48,493 nt of DNA, from assembly GCA_022798855.1 (NCBI GenBank), contig JAAWNI010000001.1:1-48493 (forward strand), in the 5' to 3' direction. Positions 8,677 through 20,917 of this stretch are shown piece after piece. Made by a program: the position numbers and the translations under genes. Under the pieces are notes generated by a model. It searched no databases and was not told the DNA's origin. It saw nothing but the letters and a program-made list of their open reading frames with translations. The DNA comes from Lawsonibacter sp. Its GTDB lineage: Bacteria > Bacillota > Clostridia > Oscillospirales > Oscillospiraceae. Within the stretch, counting starts at the first letter, position 1, and the number at the start of each line of letters is the position of its first letter.

Positions 8677-10098
8677 ATGACAACTGTACATACCTTTACC
8701 GCCCTGGGCCAATACCTGGCGGCGGACGTCAACAGCGGGGCGGTCCACGTGCTGGACAAGCTGACCTATGACCTGCTTAGCGGGGCAGGGGAGGGGCCTT
8801 TGGGAGAGGAGCTGCCCCAAGGGCTGGCGGACAAGCTGTCCCAGTACAGCCGGGCCGACCTGGAGGAGGGCTGGCTGGAGCTGCTGGAGCTGCAGCAGGC
8901 CGGACTGCTCTTCACCACCGACGAGTACATTGACCCGGAAGCCGCTATGGCCCTGCCCAAGGCGGCGGTGGTCAAGGCCCTGTGCCTTCATGTGTCCCAC
9001 GACTGCAACCTGCGGTGCAAATACTGCTTCGCCTCCACCGGCGACTTCGGCACTGGCCACCGGATGACCATGGACCTGGATACCGCCAAAAAGGCCATTG
9101 ACTGGGTGGCGGCCAAGTCTGGAAGCCGACGGAACATCGAGGTGGATTTCTTCGGCGGCGAGCCGCTGATGGCTATGGACGTAGTGAAGGGAACGGTGGA
9201 GTATGCCCGCTCCCTGGAAAAAACCCATGACAAGGTGTTCCGCTTTACCATCACAACCAACGGTGTGCTGCTGGACGATGAAACCATCGACTACGTCAAC
9301 CGGGAGATGTCCAACGTGGTCCTCTCCCTGGACGGCCGCCAGCAGGTGAACGACCATATGAGGCCCTCCATAAACGGCAAGGGCAGCTACGAGGTGATCG
9401 TGCCCAGGTTCCAGAAGCTGGTGTCCCAACGGGGGACCAAGGACTACTATGTCCGGGGCACCTTTACCCGAGAGCATTTGGATTTCACCCAGGACGTCCT
9501 CCACATGGGGGATCTGGGCTTCCGGCACGTGTCGGTGGAGCCGTGCAGCGGCCCGGCTGACGACCCCTACGCCATCCGTGAGGAGGACTTGGGCAGGGTA
9601 GAGGAGGAGTACGAGAAGCTGGCCCAGGCCCTGCTGGAGCGGAAGGATATCAATTTCTTCCACTTCAACGTGGACCTGTCCCAGGGCCCCTGCGTCATCA
9701 AGCGGCTGCGGGGCTGCGGCGCTGGCTGCGAGTATGTGGCCATCACGCCGGACGGAGACATCTACCCCTGCCACCAGTTTGTGGGAAAAGAGGAGTTCCG
9801 CATGGGCAGCGTCTATGACGGCTCCTTTGATATGGAGGTTTCTGGACAATTTGCCCAGCAGAATGTCTATACCCGTCCCGCCTGCCGGGAGTGCTGGGCG
9901 AGGTTCTATTGCAGCGGCGGATGCTCCGCATCCAATCTGCTTGTCAATGGCGACATAACAAGGTCCAACGAGGTGGCCTGCGCAATGGAGCGCAAGCGTT
10001 TGGAGTGTGCGATTGCCCTCAATGCTATCGCGGCCGGCATGGGGGAGCGGCCGAATACAGGATGTGATAATACAGACTGTAATCTCTGCCGCTGCTGA
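8677..10098 (+). CDS. scfB: thioether cross-link-forming SCIFF peptide maturase (radical SAM/SPASM)
   Basis: N-terminal DVNSGAVH, KALCLHVSHDCNLRCKYC, GCGAGCEYVAITPDGDIYPCHQF SPASM, C-terminal KRLECA. Confidence 0.95.
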   Translation: MTTVHTFTALGQYLAADVNSGAVHVLDKLTYDLLSGAGEGPLGEELPQGLADKLSQYSRADLEEGWLELLELQQAGLLFTTDEYIDPEAAMALPKAAVVKALCLHVSHDCNLRCKYCFASTGDFGTGHRMTMDLDTAKKAIDWVAAKSGSRRNIEVDFFGGEPLMAMDVVKGTVEYARSLEKTHDKVFRFTITTNGVLLDDETIDYVNREMSNVVLSLDGRQQVNDHMRPSINGKGSYEVIVPRFQKLVSQRGTKDYYVRGTFTREHLDFTQDVLHMGDLGFRHVSVEPCSGPADDPYAIREEDLGRVEEEYEKLAQALLERKDINFFHFNVDLSQGPCVIKRLRGCGAGCEYVAITPDGDIYPCHQFVGKEEFRMGSVYDGSFDMEVSGQFAQQNVYTRPACRECWARFYCSGGCSASNLLVNGDITRSNEVACAMERKRLECAIALNAIAAGMGERPNTGCDNTDCNLCRC

Positions 10099-10154
10099 GA
10101 ACCAAGCCATTTCCCGATATTTCGCGTATTCTGCACACTTTGACCACAATATTT

Positions 10155-10194
10155 AGAGAAAAGAGGGGCCGAATATCTGCCCCTCTTTTTCTCT
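10155..10194 (+). terminator. intrinsic terminator after scfB
   Basis: AGAGAAAAGAGGGGC...GCCCCTCTTTTTCTCT. Confidence 0.75.
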
Positions 10195-10202
10195 GGTTCT
10201 TT

Positions 10203-10230
10203 GATTGACATAATATTGTTTACATAATAT
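10203..10230 (-). other. dif-like / tandem XerD-arm-like site
   Basis: minus strand ATATTATGTAA-ACAATA-TTATGTCAATC (11-6-11 with TAA-N6-TTATGT core). Confidence 0.45.
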
Positions 10231-10272
10231 TTTTAAAGAATTGGCAAAAACAGAGAAAATCATAAAACCCTC

Positions 10273-10301
10273 TTGCGAAAAAGCCCGAAAAGCGCTATAG
10301 T
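10273..10301 (+). promoter_or_regulatory. putative sigma-A promoter for spoIIM-like/xerD
   Basis: TTGCGA-N17-TATAGT. Confidence 0.5.
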
Positions 10302-10386
10302 AGAAAGCACCCAGCAATTTATAGATATTTTGGAATCCGCGTCTATTTTTTCCGCTCCCCTCATAGGTTGGACTGAGGTGATGCCT

Positions 10387-11007
10387 ATGGGGCTGAGGAT
10401 AAGGAAAAAGTGGGACTTGCTGTCGGAGCAGACCGCCGCGCTGGCGGCGTTGGGGATCGCATTCCTTCTGGGAGGGGGAGCGGGCTGTCTCTTTGCCGCT
10501 CTGTCCAGCGGCGAGGGGGCCCAGGAGCTGAGCGGCTACCTGGCCGGCTACCTGGCCTTGGCTCAGAGCGAGAAGCTGCCCCAGAGCCTGTGGCTCGTCC
10601 TGTGGGGACAGCTGAAGTACCCGCTGGCCGCCCTGGCCCTGAGCGTGACGGCTCTGGGTGTGGCGGGTTTTCCCCTTCTGTTTGGAGTGCGCGGATTCTT
10701 TCTCGCCTTTTCTTCCGCCTGCTTCTGGCGAATTTTCGGCCCCCGGGGGCTGTTCCCCGCCTTTATTCTGTTTGAGCTGCCCGCGCTGCTCTGGGCTCCT
10801 GCGCTCTTTATCCAGGGTGTCCCCGGGTTTCTGTCCTCGCAAAGACTGCTGCGCCGGTCTTTGGGGGCGGGCGGCGGCGGGGCCGCCCTCAACGGCGCGT
10901 TTTGGTGCCGGGTTGGGCTTTGCGCCGGCCTGAGCTTAGGGGCAGGGCTGTTGGAATACTGGGTGGTCCCCGTCCTTCTGAGGGCGGCGGCCCGCTTTGT
11001 ATTATAA
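10387..11007 (+). CDS. spoIIM: stage II sporulation protein M-like membrane protein
   Basis: multi-TM, PLLFGVRGFFLAFS, C-terminal LLEYWVVP; upstream of xerD as in Bacillus and Clostridia. Confidence 0.7.
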   Translation: MGLRIRKKWDLLSEQTAALAALGIAFLLGGGAGCLFAALSSGEGAQELSGYLAGYLALAQSEKLPQSLWLVLWGQLKYPLAALALSVTALGVAGFPLLFGVRGFFLAFSSACFWRIFGPRGLFPAFILFELPALLWAPALFIQGVPGFLSSQRLLRRSLGAGGGGAALNGAFWCRVGLCAGLSLGAGLLEYWVVPVLLRAAARFVL

Positions 11008-11108
11008 GAACCTGCATTCGCAACCGTTGCACACTGTCTGACCGGGCTTTTTCCCGCCATGCCCGGCCAGGAATACAGGTTCTACTTTGGATTCCGGGAG
11101 TTGAAGAC

Positions 11109-11990
11109 GTGTCTGAATTGCTGTTGGTCTATGAGGACTTTTTAAAAACTGAAAAACAGGCCTCGTCCAACACGGTCAGCTCTTACATGAGGGATGTCTG
11201 TCAATTCGCCGCGGCCATGGACAGCAAAAGCGTGCCGCTTACCCAGGTGGCCAATCAGGATGTGGAGGACTATGCCAGCGCCCTGACAAAGCGGGGCAAA
11301 TCTCCGGCTACAGTCACCCGCTCGGTGGCTTCCATCAAGTCCTTTTACTCCTGTATGGTGAACAAGGGCCTGGTGGACCAAAACCCGGCCAAGGGGGTGT
11401 CCGCAGCCAAGGTGGAGCGGAAGCTCCCCCAGGTACTTACCGGGAAAGAGGTGGAGCTGTTTCTGGAACAGCCTGAGTGTACCGACCTGAAAGGCTATCG
11501 GGACCGGGCTATGTTGGAGCTCCTCTACGCCACCGGCATTCGGGTCAGTGAACTGATTGAGCTGAATGTGAGTGATTTAAATCTGCCTGGGGGCGTTTTG
11601 CGGTGCTTCAGCAAGGGCAGGGCGCGGATCATCCCCCTGTATCCCACGGCTGTCCGGGCCCTGGGGGAGTATGTCAACAATGTCCGGCCGCAGCTGGTGG
11701 ATGCGGTGGGTGAAACCGCGCTGTTTGTCAATATGAACGGCGAGCGCATGAGCCGCCAGGGCTTTTGGAAGCTGATCAAGTACTACCAGGAGAAAGCGGG
11801 CATTCAGAAGGACATCACCCCCCACACCCTGCGGCACTCCTTCGCCGCCCATCTGCTGGAGAATGGGGCCGACCTGCGCTCCATTCAGGAGATGCTGGGC
11901 CACGCAGACATCTCGTCCACCCAGATTTACTCCAAGCTCATCAACCAGAAGATCAAGGATGTCTACAAAAAGGCCCACCCCAGAGCGTAA
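11109..11990 (+). CDS. xerD: site-specific tyrosine recombinase XerD (RipX-like)
   Basis: LYATGIRVSEL, TPHTLRHSFAAHLLENGADLRSIQEMLGH, STQIY, C-terminal HPRA. Confidence 0.92.
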   Translation: MSELLLVYEDFLKTEKQASSNTVSSYMRDVCQFAAAMDSKSVPLTQVANQDVEDYASALTKRGKSPATVTRSVASIKSFYSCMVNKGLVDQNPAKGVSAAKVERKLPQVLTGKEVELFLEQPECTDLKGYRDRAMLELLYATGIRVSELIELNVSDLNLPGGVLRCFSKGRARIIPLYPTAVRALGEYVNNVRPQLVDAVGETALFVNMNGERMSRQGFWKLIKYYQEKAGIQKDITPHTLRHSFAAHLLENGADLRSIQEMLGHADISSTQIYSKLINQKIKDVYKKAHPRA

Positions 11991-12016
11991 AATCAGCTGA
12001 GATATGTACAAATTTT

Positions 12017-12055
12017 AGACCGTTTGCCGAATCGGACAGGCAGGCGGTCTTTTTT
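12017..12055 (+). terminator. intrinsic terminator after xerD
   Basis: AGACCGTTTGCC...GGCAGGCGGTCT followed by a T-tract. Confidence 0.65.
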
Positions 12056-12141
12056 AGCAATAGACTGTTGGTCGTGATTGAATTGTTCGGAGAAATATGG
12101 TAATATAATTTATTGGAAAAATAATGGAAGGAGGACGTGCA

Positions 12142-13527
12142 ATGTCCACCATGTCTGAATATTTAGAGTCTCTGCGGGGAAAGTCCATCGCCATTATCGG
12201 CATGGGGGTGAGCAACACCCCACTGATCCGCGCCTTTCTGCGGGCTGAACTGAAGGTGGCGGTCTGTGACAAGTCCCCCCGGGAGCGGGTGGAGGAGCAG
12301 GCCGCCGAGCTGGAGAGCCTGGGGGCCAAGCTGCGGCTGGGTCCTGACTACCTGGCCAAGATACACAAGGCCGACATCATTTTCCGTACGCCCGGACTCA
12401 GCCCCAACACGCCGGAGCTGGAAAAGGCGGTGGCGGGGGGGAGCATCCTCACCTCTGAGATGGAGCTGTTTTTCCAGCTGTGTCCGTGCCGGATCATTGG
12501 CGTGACGGGCAGCGACGGAAAGACCACCACTACCACGCTCATCAGCGAGTTCTTAAAGGAGGCGGGCCTTAACGTCTATCTGGGGGGGAACATCGGCCGG
12601 CCGCTGCTCCCCGATGTGGACGGCATGACCCAGGAGGACGTTGCGGTAGTGGAGCTGTCCTCCTTCCAGCTGATGACCATGAACCGCAGCCCCAATGTGG
12701 CGGTGTTTACCAATTTGTCACCCAACCACCTGGACTACCACCACACCATGGAGGAGTACACCGGGGCCAAGCTGAACATTTTCTGCCATCAGAACCCCCA
12801 GGACCGGGCCGTCTTCAACTATGACAACGACATTACCCGGTCGCTGGCCAAGGCCGCTGTGGGCCGGGCCATGCTGTTCAGCCGCAAGCAGCGGCTGGAG
12901 GAGGGGGTATACCTCCGGGACGGCGCCATCTGGCTGACCAACGACATGGGCAGCCGGGAGGTTCTGCCGCTGGCCGACATCCATATCCCCGGTGTGCACA
13001 ACATCGAAAATTACATGGCCGCCATCGCGGCGGTGGACGGAATCGTCCCCGATAAGTGCGTCCGGGCGGTGGCCCAGCGTTTCACCGGAGTGGAGCACCG
13101 CATCGAGCTGGTGCGGGAGCTGGACGGGGTGAAATACTACAACGACTCCATCGGCACCAGCCCCACCCGCACCATGGCCTGTCTGGACTCCTTCGACCAG
13201 AAGCTGATCCTCATTGCCGGCGGGTATGACAAGGGGGTTCCATTTACACAGCTTGGCGTGTCTATGGTGGAGAAGGCTAAGGTCCTGATTCTCACTGGCG
13301 ACACCGCCCCCGCTATCAGGAAAGCGGTGGAGGATGCTGAGGGCTATGCCGGGAGCGGCTTGCGGCTCCTTGAAACCGAGGACCTGGCCGCCGCCGTGGC
13401 CGCCGCCCGGGACGCCGCCCAAGAGGGGGATGTGGTGGTGCTGTCCCCAGCCTGTGCCGCCTTTGACCGCTTCAAAAACTTTATGGAGCGTGGAAAGGTG
13501 TTTAAACAGCTGGTGAACGAACTATAA
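12142..13527 (+). CDS. murD: UDP-N-acetylmuramoyl-L-alanine--D-glutamate ligase
   Basis: GVTGSDGKTTT, ELSSFQL, NHLDYH, EHRIE, NDSIGT, LSPACAAFD. Confidence 0.96.
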   Translation: MSTMSEYLESLRGKSIAIIGMGVSNTPLIRAFLRAELKVAVCDKSPRERVEEQAAELESLGAKLRLGPDYLAKIHKADIIFRTPGLSPNTPELEKAVAGGSILTSEMELFFQLCPCRIIGVTGSDGKTTTTTLISEFLKEAGLNVYLGGNIGRPLLPDVDGMTQEDVAVVELSSFQLMTMNRSPNVAVFTNLSPNHLDYHHTMEEYTGAKLNIFCHQNPQDRAVFNYDNDITRSLAKAAVGRAMLFSRKQRLEEGVYLRDGAIWLTNDMGSREVLPLADIHIPGVHNIENYMAAIAAVDGIVPDKCVRAVAQRFTGVEHRIELVRELDGVKYYNDSIGTSPTRTMACLDSFDQKLILIAGGYDKGVPFTQLGVSMVEKAKVLILTGDTAPAIRKAVEDAEGYAGSGLRLLETEDLAAAVAAARDAAQEGDVVVLSPACAAFDRFKNFMERGKVFKQLVNEL

Positions 13528-13542
13528 TTGAAATAGATAGGA

Positions 13543-14808
13543 TTGACAAGTGAAATGGCTTTACTGATAAACGACCGTGTCAGGGCTCTGGGCGACCAGG
13601 CCCAGAGCCAGCTGACAGAGGAATTTTCCCGCATCGACGCCATCGCCCAGGAGAACACCGCCCGGGTGCTGGCCGCTTTTCAGAAGCACAAGGTGGCCGA
13701 CGGCTATTTCGCCGGCACAACCGGCTACGGCTACGACGACCTGGGCCGGGATAAGCTGGACGAGATTTACGCCGGCCTCTTCGGTACTGAGTCCGCTCTG
13801 GTGCGCATCCAGTTTGTCAACGGCACCCACGCCATCGCCTGCGCCCTGTTTGGCGCGCTGAAAGCGGGGGATGTGCTGCTGTCCGCCGTGGGCGCGCCCT
13901 ACGACACCCTGCTGGGGGTGGTGGGAGCGGTGGACAAGGGCCCCGGATCCCTGAAAGACTACGGCGTGGAGTACAGACAAGTAGAACTCCTTGACAACAA
14001 GCCCGACCTGGAGGGGATGGCCAAAGCCGCTGCGGACCCCCGAGTGAAGGCGGTGCTCATCCAGCGCTCCAAGGGCTACTCCACCCGGGCGTCTCTGTCA
14101 GTGGAGGAGATCGGGGAGATGTGCCGGGTGATTAAGGGCGCCAACCCCAGCGCCGCCATCCTGGTGGACAACTGCTACGGCGAGTTTGTGGAAGCTCTGG
14201 AGCCCACCCACGTGGGGGCCGATCTGGTGGTTGGCTCTCTAATCAAAAACCCCGGCGGCGGGCTGGCTCCCACAGGGGGCTACATCGCCGGCCGGCGGGA
14301 CCTGGTGGAGGGGGCCGCTATGCGGCTCACCGTCCCCGGCATCGGTGGGGAGTGCGGCTGCACCCTGGGTCAGAACCGCCTGCTCTACCAGGGTCTGTTT
14401 CTGGCGCCCCACACGGTGGCCCAGGCGGTGAAAACCGCCGTCTTCGCCGCCAAGGTGATGGAGCTGCTGGGCTATGAGACAGAACCCCACTCCTCGGCGG
14501 TCCGCCACGACATCATCCAGATGATCCACATGAAGGAGCCGGAAGCTCTGCGGAGATTCTGCAAGGGTATCCAGTTCGGCGCGCCGGTGGACTCCTACGT
14601 TACCCCGGAGCCCTGGGACATGCCGGGCTACGACTGCCAGGTGATTATGGCCGCCGGGGCCTTCATCCAGGGCGCGTCCATCGAGCTGTCCGCCGACGCC
14701 CCCATGCGGGAGCCCTATACCGTCTACCTCCAGGGGGGGCTGACCTACGAATCAGGCAGGCTGGGCGTCCTGCTGGCCGTCCAGGAGCTGCTGGGACCTT
14801 CTGTTTAA
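13543..14808 (+). CDS. PLP-dependent methionine gamma-lyase-like / aluminium-resistance (YnbB) family protein
   Basis: TTGYGYDDLGRD, VDNCYGEF, GSLIKNPGGG, GASIELSADAP; start could be TTG 13543 or ATG 13555. Confidence 0.9.
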   Translation: MTSEMALLINDRVRALGDQAQSQLTEEFSRIDAIAQENTARVLAAFQKHKVADGYFAGTTGYGYDDLGRDKLDEIYAGLFGTESALVRIQFVNGTHAIACALFGALKAGDVLLSAVGAPYDTLLGVVGAVDKGPGSLKDYGVEYRQVELLDNKPDLEGMAKAAADPRVKAVLIQRSKGYSTRASLSVEEIGEMCRVIKGANPSAAILVDNCYGEFVEALEPTHVGADLVVGSLIKNPGGGLAPTGGYIAGRRDLVEGAAMRLTVPGIGGECGCTLGQNRLLYQGLFLAPHTVAQAVKTAVFAAKVMELLGYETEPHSSAVRHDIIQMIHMKEPEALRRFCKGIQFGAPVDSYVTPEPWDMPGYDCQVIMAAGAFIQGASIELSADAPMREPYTVYLQGGLTYESGRLGVLLAVQELLGPSV

Positions 14809-14845
14809 CATTAAAACCGAATAAAAGTTCAGGGTGGGGTGTACT

Positions 14846-15436
14846 ATGGAAGAAAAAAATAATATCCAAATTGCGATAGAAGCATTTGGCCATAGGCACC
14901 CAGAGATAAAGTTGGAAAAATCGACGATTTCTTGCCAAAATATCAGAGTGCTTGAAAACAAGCTCCATATTACGATACCAACTGCGGTGAAGGACTATTT
15001 TCAAGCTTATACATTCTCCGTCCCATTTGTTGCAGGAAGGCTGCTGGGTGACTTTTCATATACCTACTGTGAAGAGACAGGCGGGTGGCGTAAGATGGAG
15101 GTCGAGGAAGAAATTTCGACTAGAATTATACAGCTTCCGTTAATGTTTCCAGATTCTGATTTGCGTGAGTTTGAAAGAGTGAATGAAATTTTTATTGGAA
15201 CAGGCTTCCTATATTTGGGCTTATACGACGAAGAAAAATATGTTTTACTCGACTTACAAACCGAACAGGTGTATCAAGCGGACATGGCGCGAGTGCGCCC
15301 AACGTCAAAAGAAGAGGCTAGAGCAGATATTCTAAAGTGGGCGCTTCCATTTTTTGATCGCTTTGATGATTTGGTGCGCTGTTTTTTTGCGGGCGAACTT
15401 TATGATGAGGAAGAAATGACTTTTGATGTTGAGTAA
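14846..15436 (+). CDS. SMI1/KNR4 (SUKH)-like protein
   Basis: IRVLENKLHITIPTAVKDYF N-terminal SUKH-like motif; low GC. Confidence 0.6.
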   Translation: MEEKNNIQIAIEAFGHRHPEIKLEKSTISCQNIRVLENKLHITIPTAVKDYFQAYTFSVPFVAGRLLGDFSYTYCEETGGWRKMEVEEEISTRIIQLPLMFPDSDLREFERVNEIFIGTGFLYLGLYDEEKYVLLDLQTEQVYQADMARVRPTSKEEARADILKWALPFFDRFDDLVRCFFAGELYDEEEMTFDVE

Positions 15437-15479
15437 AGTAGGCAGAAATTAGGCGGTGGAAGTAGAAAGAAGTGGCGCA

Positions 15480-16004
15480 ATGAAGTACCTGATAAAATAT
15501 TTTATAGATGTTGCGGTGTTGGTTTTCCTGTACGCTTTCGTCTTTTTCAGGAGGTGGCGGGCCCAGGGCAGAGATATCTTGCTTGTCAACACCCTCATGT
15601 ATGTATACCTCTCTCTGGTGCTCTATGTTACTATGATGCCAGTAATTGTATCCATTCCATTCATGCTGGACCACCCCTATAAACCCATGAATCTGGTGCC
15701 GTTTATCGACGTCTCTTTGGGGAGGGGGGACTTTTTCAGGCAGGTGTTCTTGAACGTCATCATGACCATGCCCTTCGGGTTCTTGTTTCCGCTGACCAAT
15801 GGCAAAAGAGCCAAATTCGGCGTGGCGGTGTTTTTCTGCTTTTTGATGAGCCTGGGTATCGAACTGCTGCAGCCGTTCTTCGACCGCTCCTCGGACATCA
15901 CGGATCTGATCACAAATGTGATCGGCGGAGCGTTGGGCTATGGCCTGTACGCAATTTTTAAGCCGGCTGCCTTTTGGGTCTTGGAGCGCTTGAAAACCAG
16001 TTGA
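15480..16004 (+). CDS. VanZ family membrane protein
   Basis: NLVPF, LNVIMTMPFGFLFP, IELLQ, DITDLITNVIG. Confidence 0.9.
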   Translation: MKYLIKYFIDVAVLVFLYAFVFFRRWRAQGRDILLVNTLMYVYLSLVLYVTMMPVIVSIPFMLDHPYKPMNLVPFIDVSLGRGDFFRQVFLNVIMTMPFGFLFPLTNGKRAKFGVAVFFCFLMSLGIELLQPFFDRSSDITDLITNVIGGALGYGLYAIFKPAAFWVLERLKTS

Positions 16005-16059
16005 CAGGATATTTTGCGGGGAACGCCCTCCACCAAACGATTGAGAGGAGTAGGAGGCT

Positions 16060-16560
16060 ATGGATGAGCTGTTAAAAAAGTATGTGCATCAAAATTGGGA
16101 CGATATATCCGACCACCGAAATGACAAATACTATTTTGTACAGGCTTCTGACGATATGGAAACCGTTTTTTCGGAGGTGCGGTATCAGTTGGAAGCAGAA
16201 ATCCCAGAGACACTAAAAGCGTTTTATAGAAACTTTGGGTGTGGTTTTCTTTGGCTCAATCAGAAGCAAAAGAAGGGGCTTTATAGAATCCTCTCCCCAG
16301 AAGAAATTTTGGATTTATATTTTGAGCCGGACAGTGGCGAAATTCCAGATGATTTTATAACCTATCGTCAAAACGCGTGGGAGAACTTGGAGGAAAACAA
16401 GCTTCTGGCCTTTTGTCTCTTTGGGGAAGAAGGCAGCCTGCTCTATATCAGCGTTGAAGACGGCGTCATATACTACCTTTCCGCGGCCTATAAAATAGCG
16501 GATTTTCTTTCCGATTTTTTAGCGTCATTGGATCAAGAAGTTGACTATTTTATAAAATGA
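16060..16560 (+). CDS. SMI1/KNR4 (SUKH) family protein
   Basis: QLEAEIPETLKAFYRNFGCG and C-terminal KIADFLSDFL; low GC. Confidence 0.75.
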   Translation: MDELLKKYVHQNWDDISDHRNDKYYFVQASDDMETVFSEVRYQLEAEIPETLKAFYRNFGCGFLWLNQKQKKGLYRILSPEEILDLYFEPDSGEIPDDFITYRQNAWENLEENKLLAFCLFGEEGSLLYISVEDGVIYYLSAAYKIADFLSDFLASLDQEVDYFIK

Positions 16561-16622
16561 CAGTCTCAATACAAGGGTATGGGTTCAGCCCGCAATAAAT
16601 AGAGGTTCAGGGGGTAACAAAA

Positions 16623-16949
16623 GTGAAATCATTTGATGTGAACTATAAGTTGTTGGATGAAATGTATCAGGACGAGTACTACCCTGATTTTCTGGTGGAC
16701 AAGGTGAAGGCAGCGCTTCAGGAGGTCATTGACCTGCTGGAGTGCGGCGAGACTGACACCGAGGTTATCCAGGAGAAACTGGACAAGGCGGTCTGTGCGG
16801 TAAATGATCTGCAAGATGAATTTGAAGAGAACGACAGCGAGATCGAAACCGTGGCCCGCGACTGTATCGGTACAACTGTGGACTACATTTTGGAGTGGTT
16901 TGGCATTCCAATCGATGTGGAGGAGGCCATCCGGGAACGGGACTGGTAA
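16623..16949 (+). CDS. DUF5713-like acidic protein
   Basis: MYQDEYYPDFLVDKVK...NDSEIETVARDCI...RERDW. Confidence 0.75.
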   Translation: MKSFDVNYKLLDEMYQDEYYPDFLVDKVKAALQEVIDLLECGETDTEVIQEKLDKAVCAVNDLQDEFEENDSEIETVARDCIGTTVDYILEWFGIPIDVEEAIRERDW

Positions 16950-17014
16950 CAGATTACATCAGGGGCATAGGCCAAGCTGGTTTTAGAATATCCTGACCCA
17001 TAGGAGGTGAGGGT

Positions 17015-17737
17015 ATGGGGCCATGGAGACGGGAGTTTGTCCGGTACATGCGCCGGCCGGCGGGACGCCGGCGGCCGGTTTGGACGGGCCCCGGTCCCGC
17101 GCTGAGAATCCCGCCGGCCCTCCTCACCCTGGCGGTGGCTTTGATGGTTTCGGCGGCAATCATTACTCTGCTGGAGAACAAGCTGCGCCCGGTGGTGGCG
17201 GAAATCGCCGCCGCCCAGGCCCAGAATACCATGACCGGGGTGGTGGAACACGCCATCACCGCCGGCCTGGCCGCCCGGCAGGTCAGCTACGGCGACTTCG
17301 TCGCCATCCAGCGGGACGAGGGGGGGGCGGTCACCGCCCTGACCACCGACATGGCCCGAATGAACCTGCTTCGAACCGAGCTGACCGCCGCCATTCTGGA
17401 GGCGCTGGAAGGGGTGGACGTGTCCGACATCCAGGTCCCCCTGGGCAGCCTCTTCGACCTGGAGCCCCTGTGGGCCAAGGGGCCGGCGCTGAAAGCGAAG
17501 GCCATGACCGTGGGGACGGTGCGGGCGGAGTTCAACAGCCAGCTTACCTCCGCCGGGGTAAACCAGACCCTCCACCGCATTTGGATGGAGGTGGATGTGC
17601 CCATGACCCTGCTTCTTCCAGGCGGCGAGGTGGAGACGGCGCTGAGCACCCGGCTTTGCGTGGCGGAGACGGTGATTGTGGGCCGGGTGCCGGACACCTA
17701 TTTGCAGTTGGACCGGCAGTACAGTGAAACGAGTTAA
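17015..17737 (+). CDS. yunB: sporulation protein YunB
   Basis: N-terminal TM, VPLGS, SAGVNQTLHRI, ETVIVGRVPDTY. Confidence 0.9.
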   Translation: MGPWRREFVRYMRRPAGRRRPVWTGPGPALRIPPALLTLAVALMVSAAIITLLENKLRPVVAEIAAAQAQNTMTGVVEHAITAGLAARQVSYGDFVAIQRDEGGAVTALTTDMARMNLLRTELTAAILEALEGVDVSDIQVPLGSLFDLEPLWAKGPALKAKAMTVGTVRAEFNSQLTSAGVNQTLHRIWMEVDVPMTLLLPGGEVETALSTRLCVAETVIVGRVPDTYLQLDRQYSETS

Positions 17738-17800
17738 AAGGGTGGGGCTGGCCCTTTCAAACTTGTTAGACAATGAACAAAGGATAGGGGAGAGGGCGGC

Positions 17801-20797
<2,997 letters not shown>

Positions 20798-20857
20798 CAA
20801 AACATTGCCAGCCGGAAAGGAGGGAAGTCAGGCGGGCAGTTTGGGCCTACGCCCATA

Positions 20858-20885
20858 GGTCAACAAAATAAAAATTTTGTTGACC
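20858..20885. other. candidate tyrosine-recombinase (dif-type) site
   Basis: GGTCAACAAAA-TAAAAA-TTTTGTTGACC: perfect 11-bp inverted arms with an asymmetric 6-bp spacer, 32 bp before the recombinase ATG. Confidence 0.6.
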
Positions 20886-20917
20886 TGAGTGGAGGTTGAA
20901 CCGCCAAACTGCCCTGA

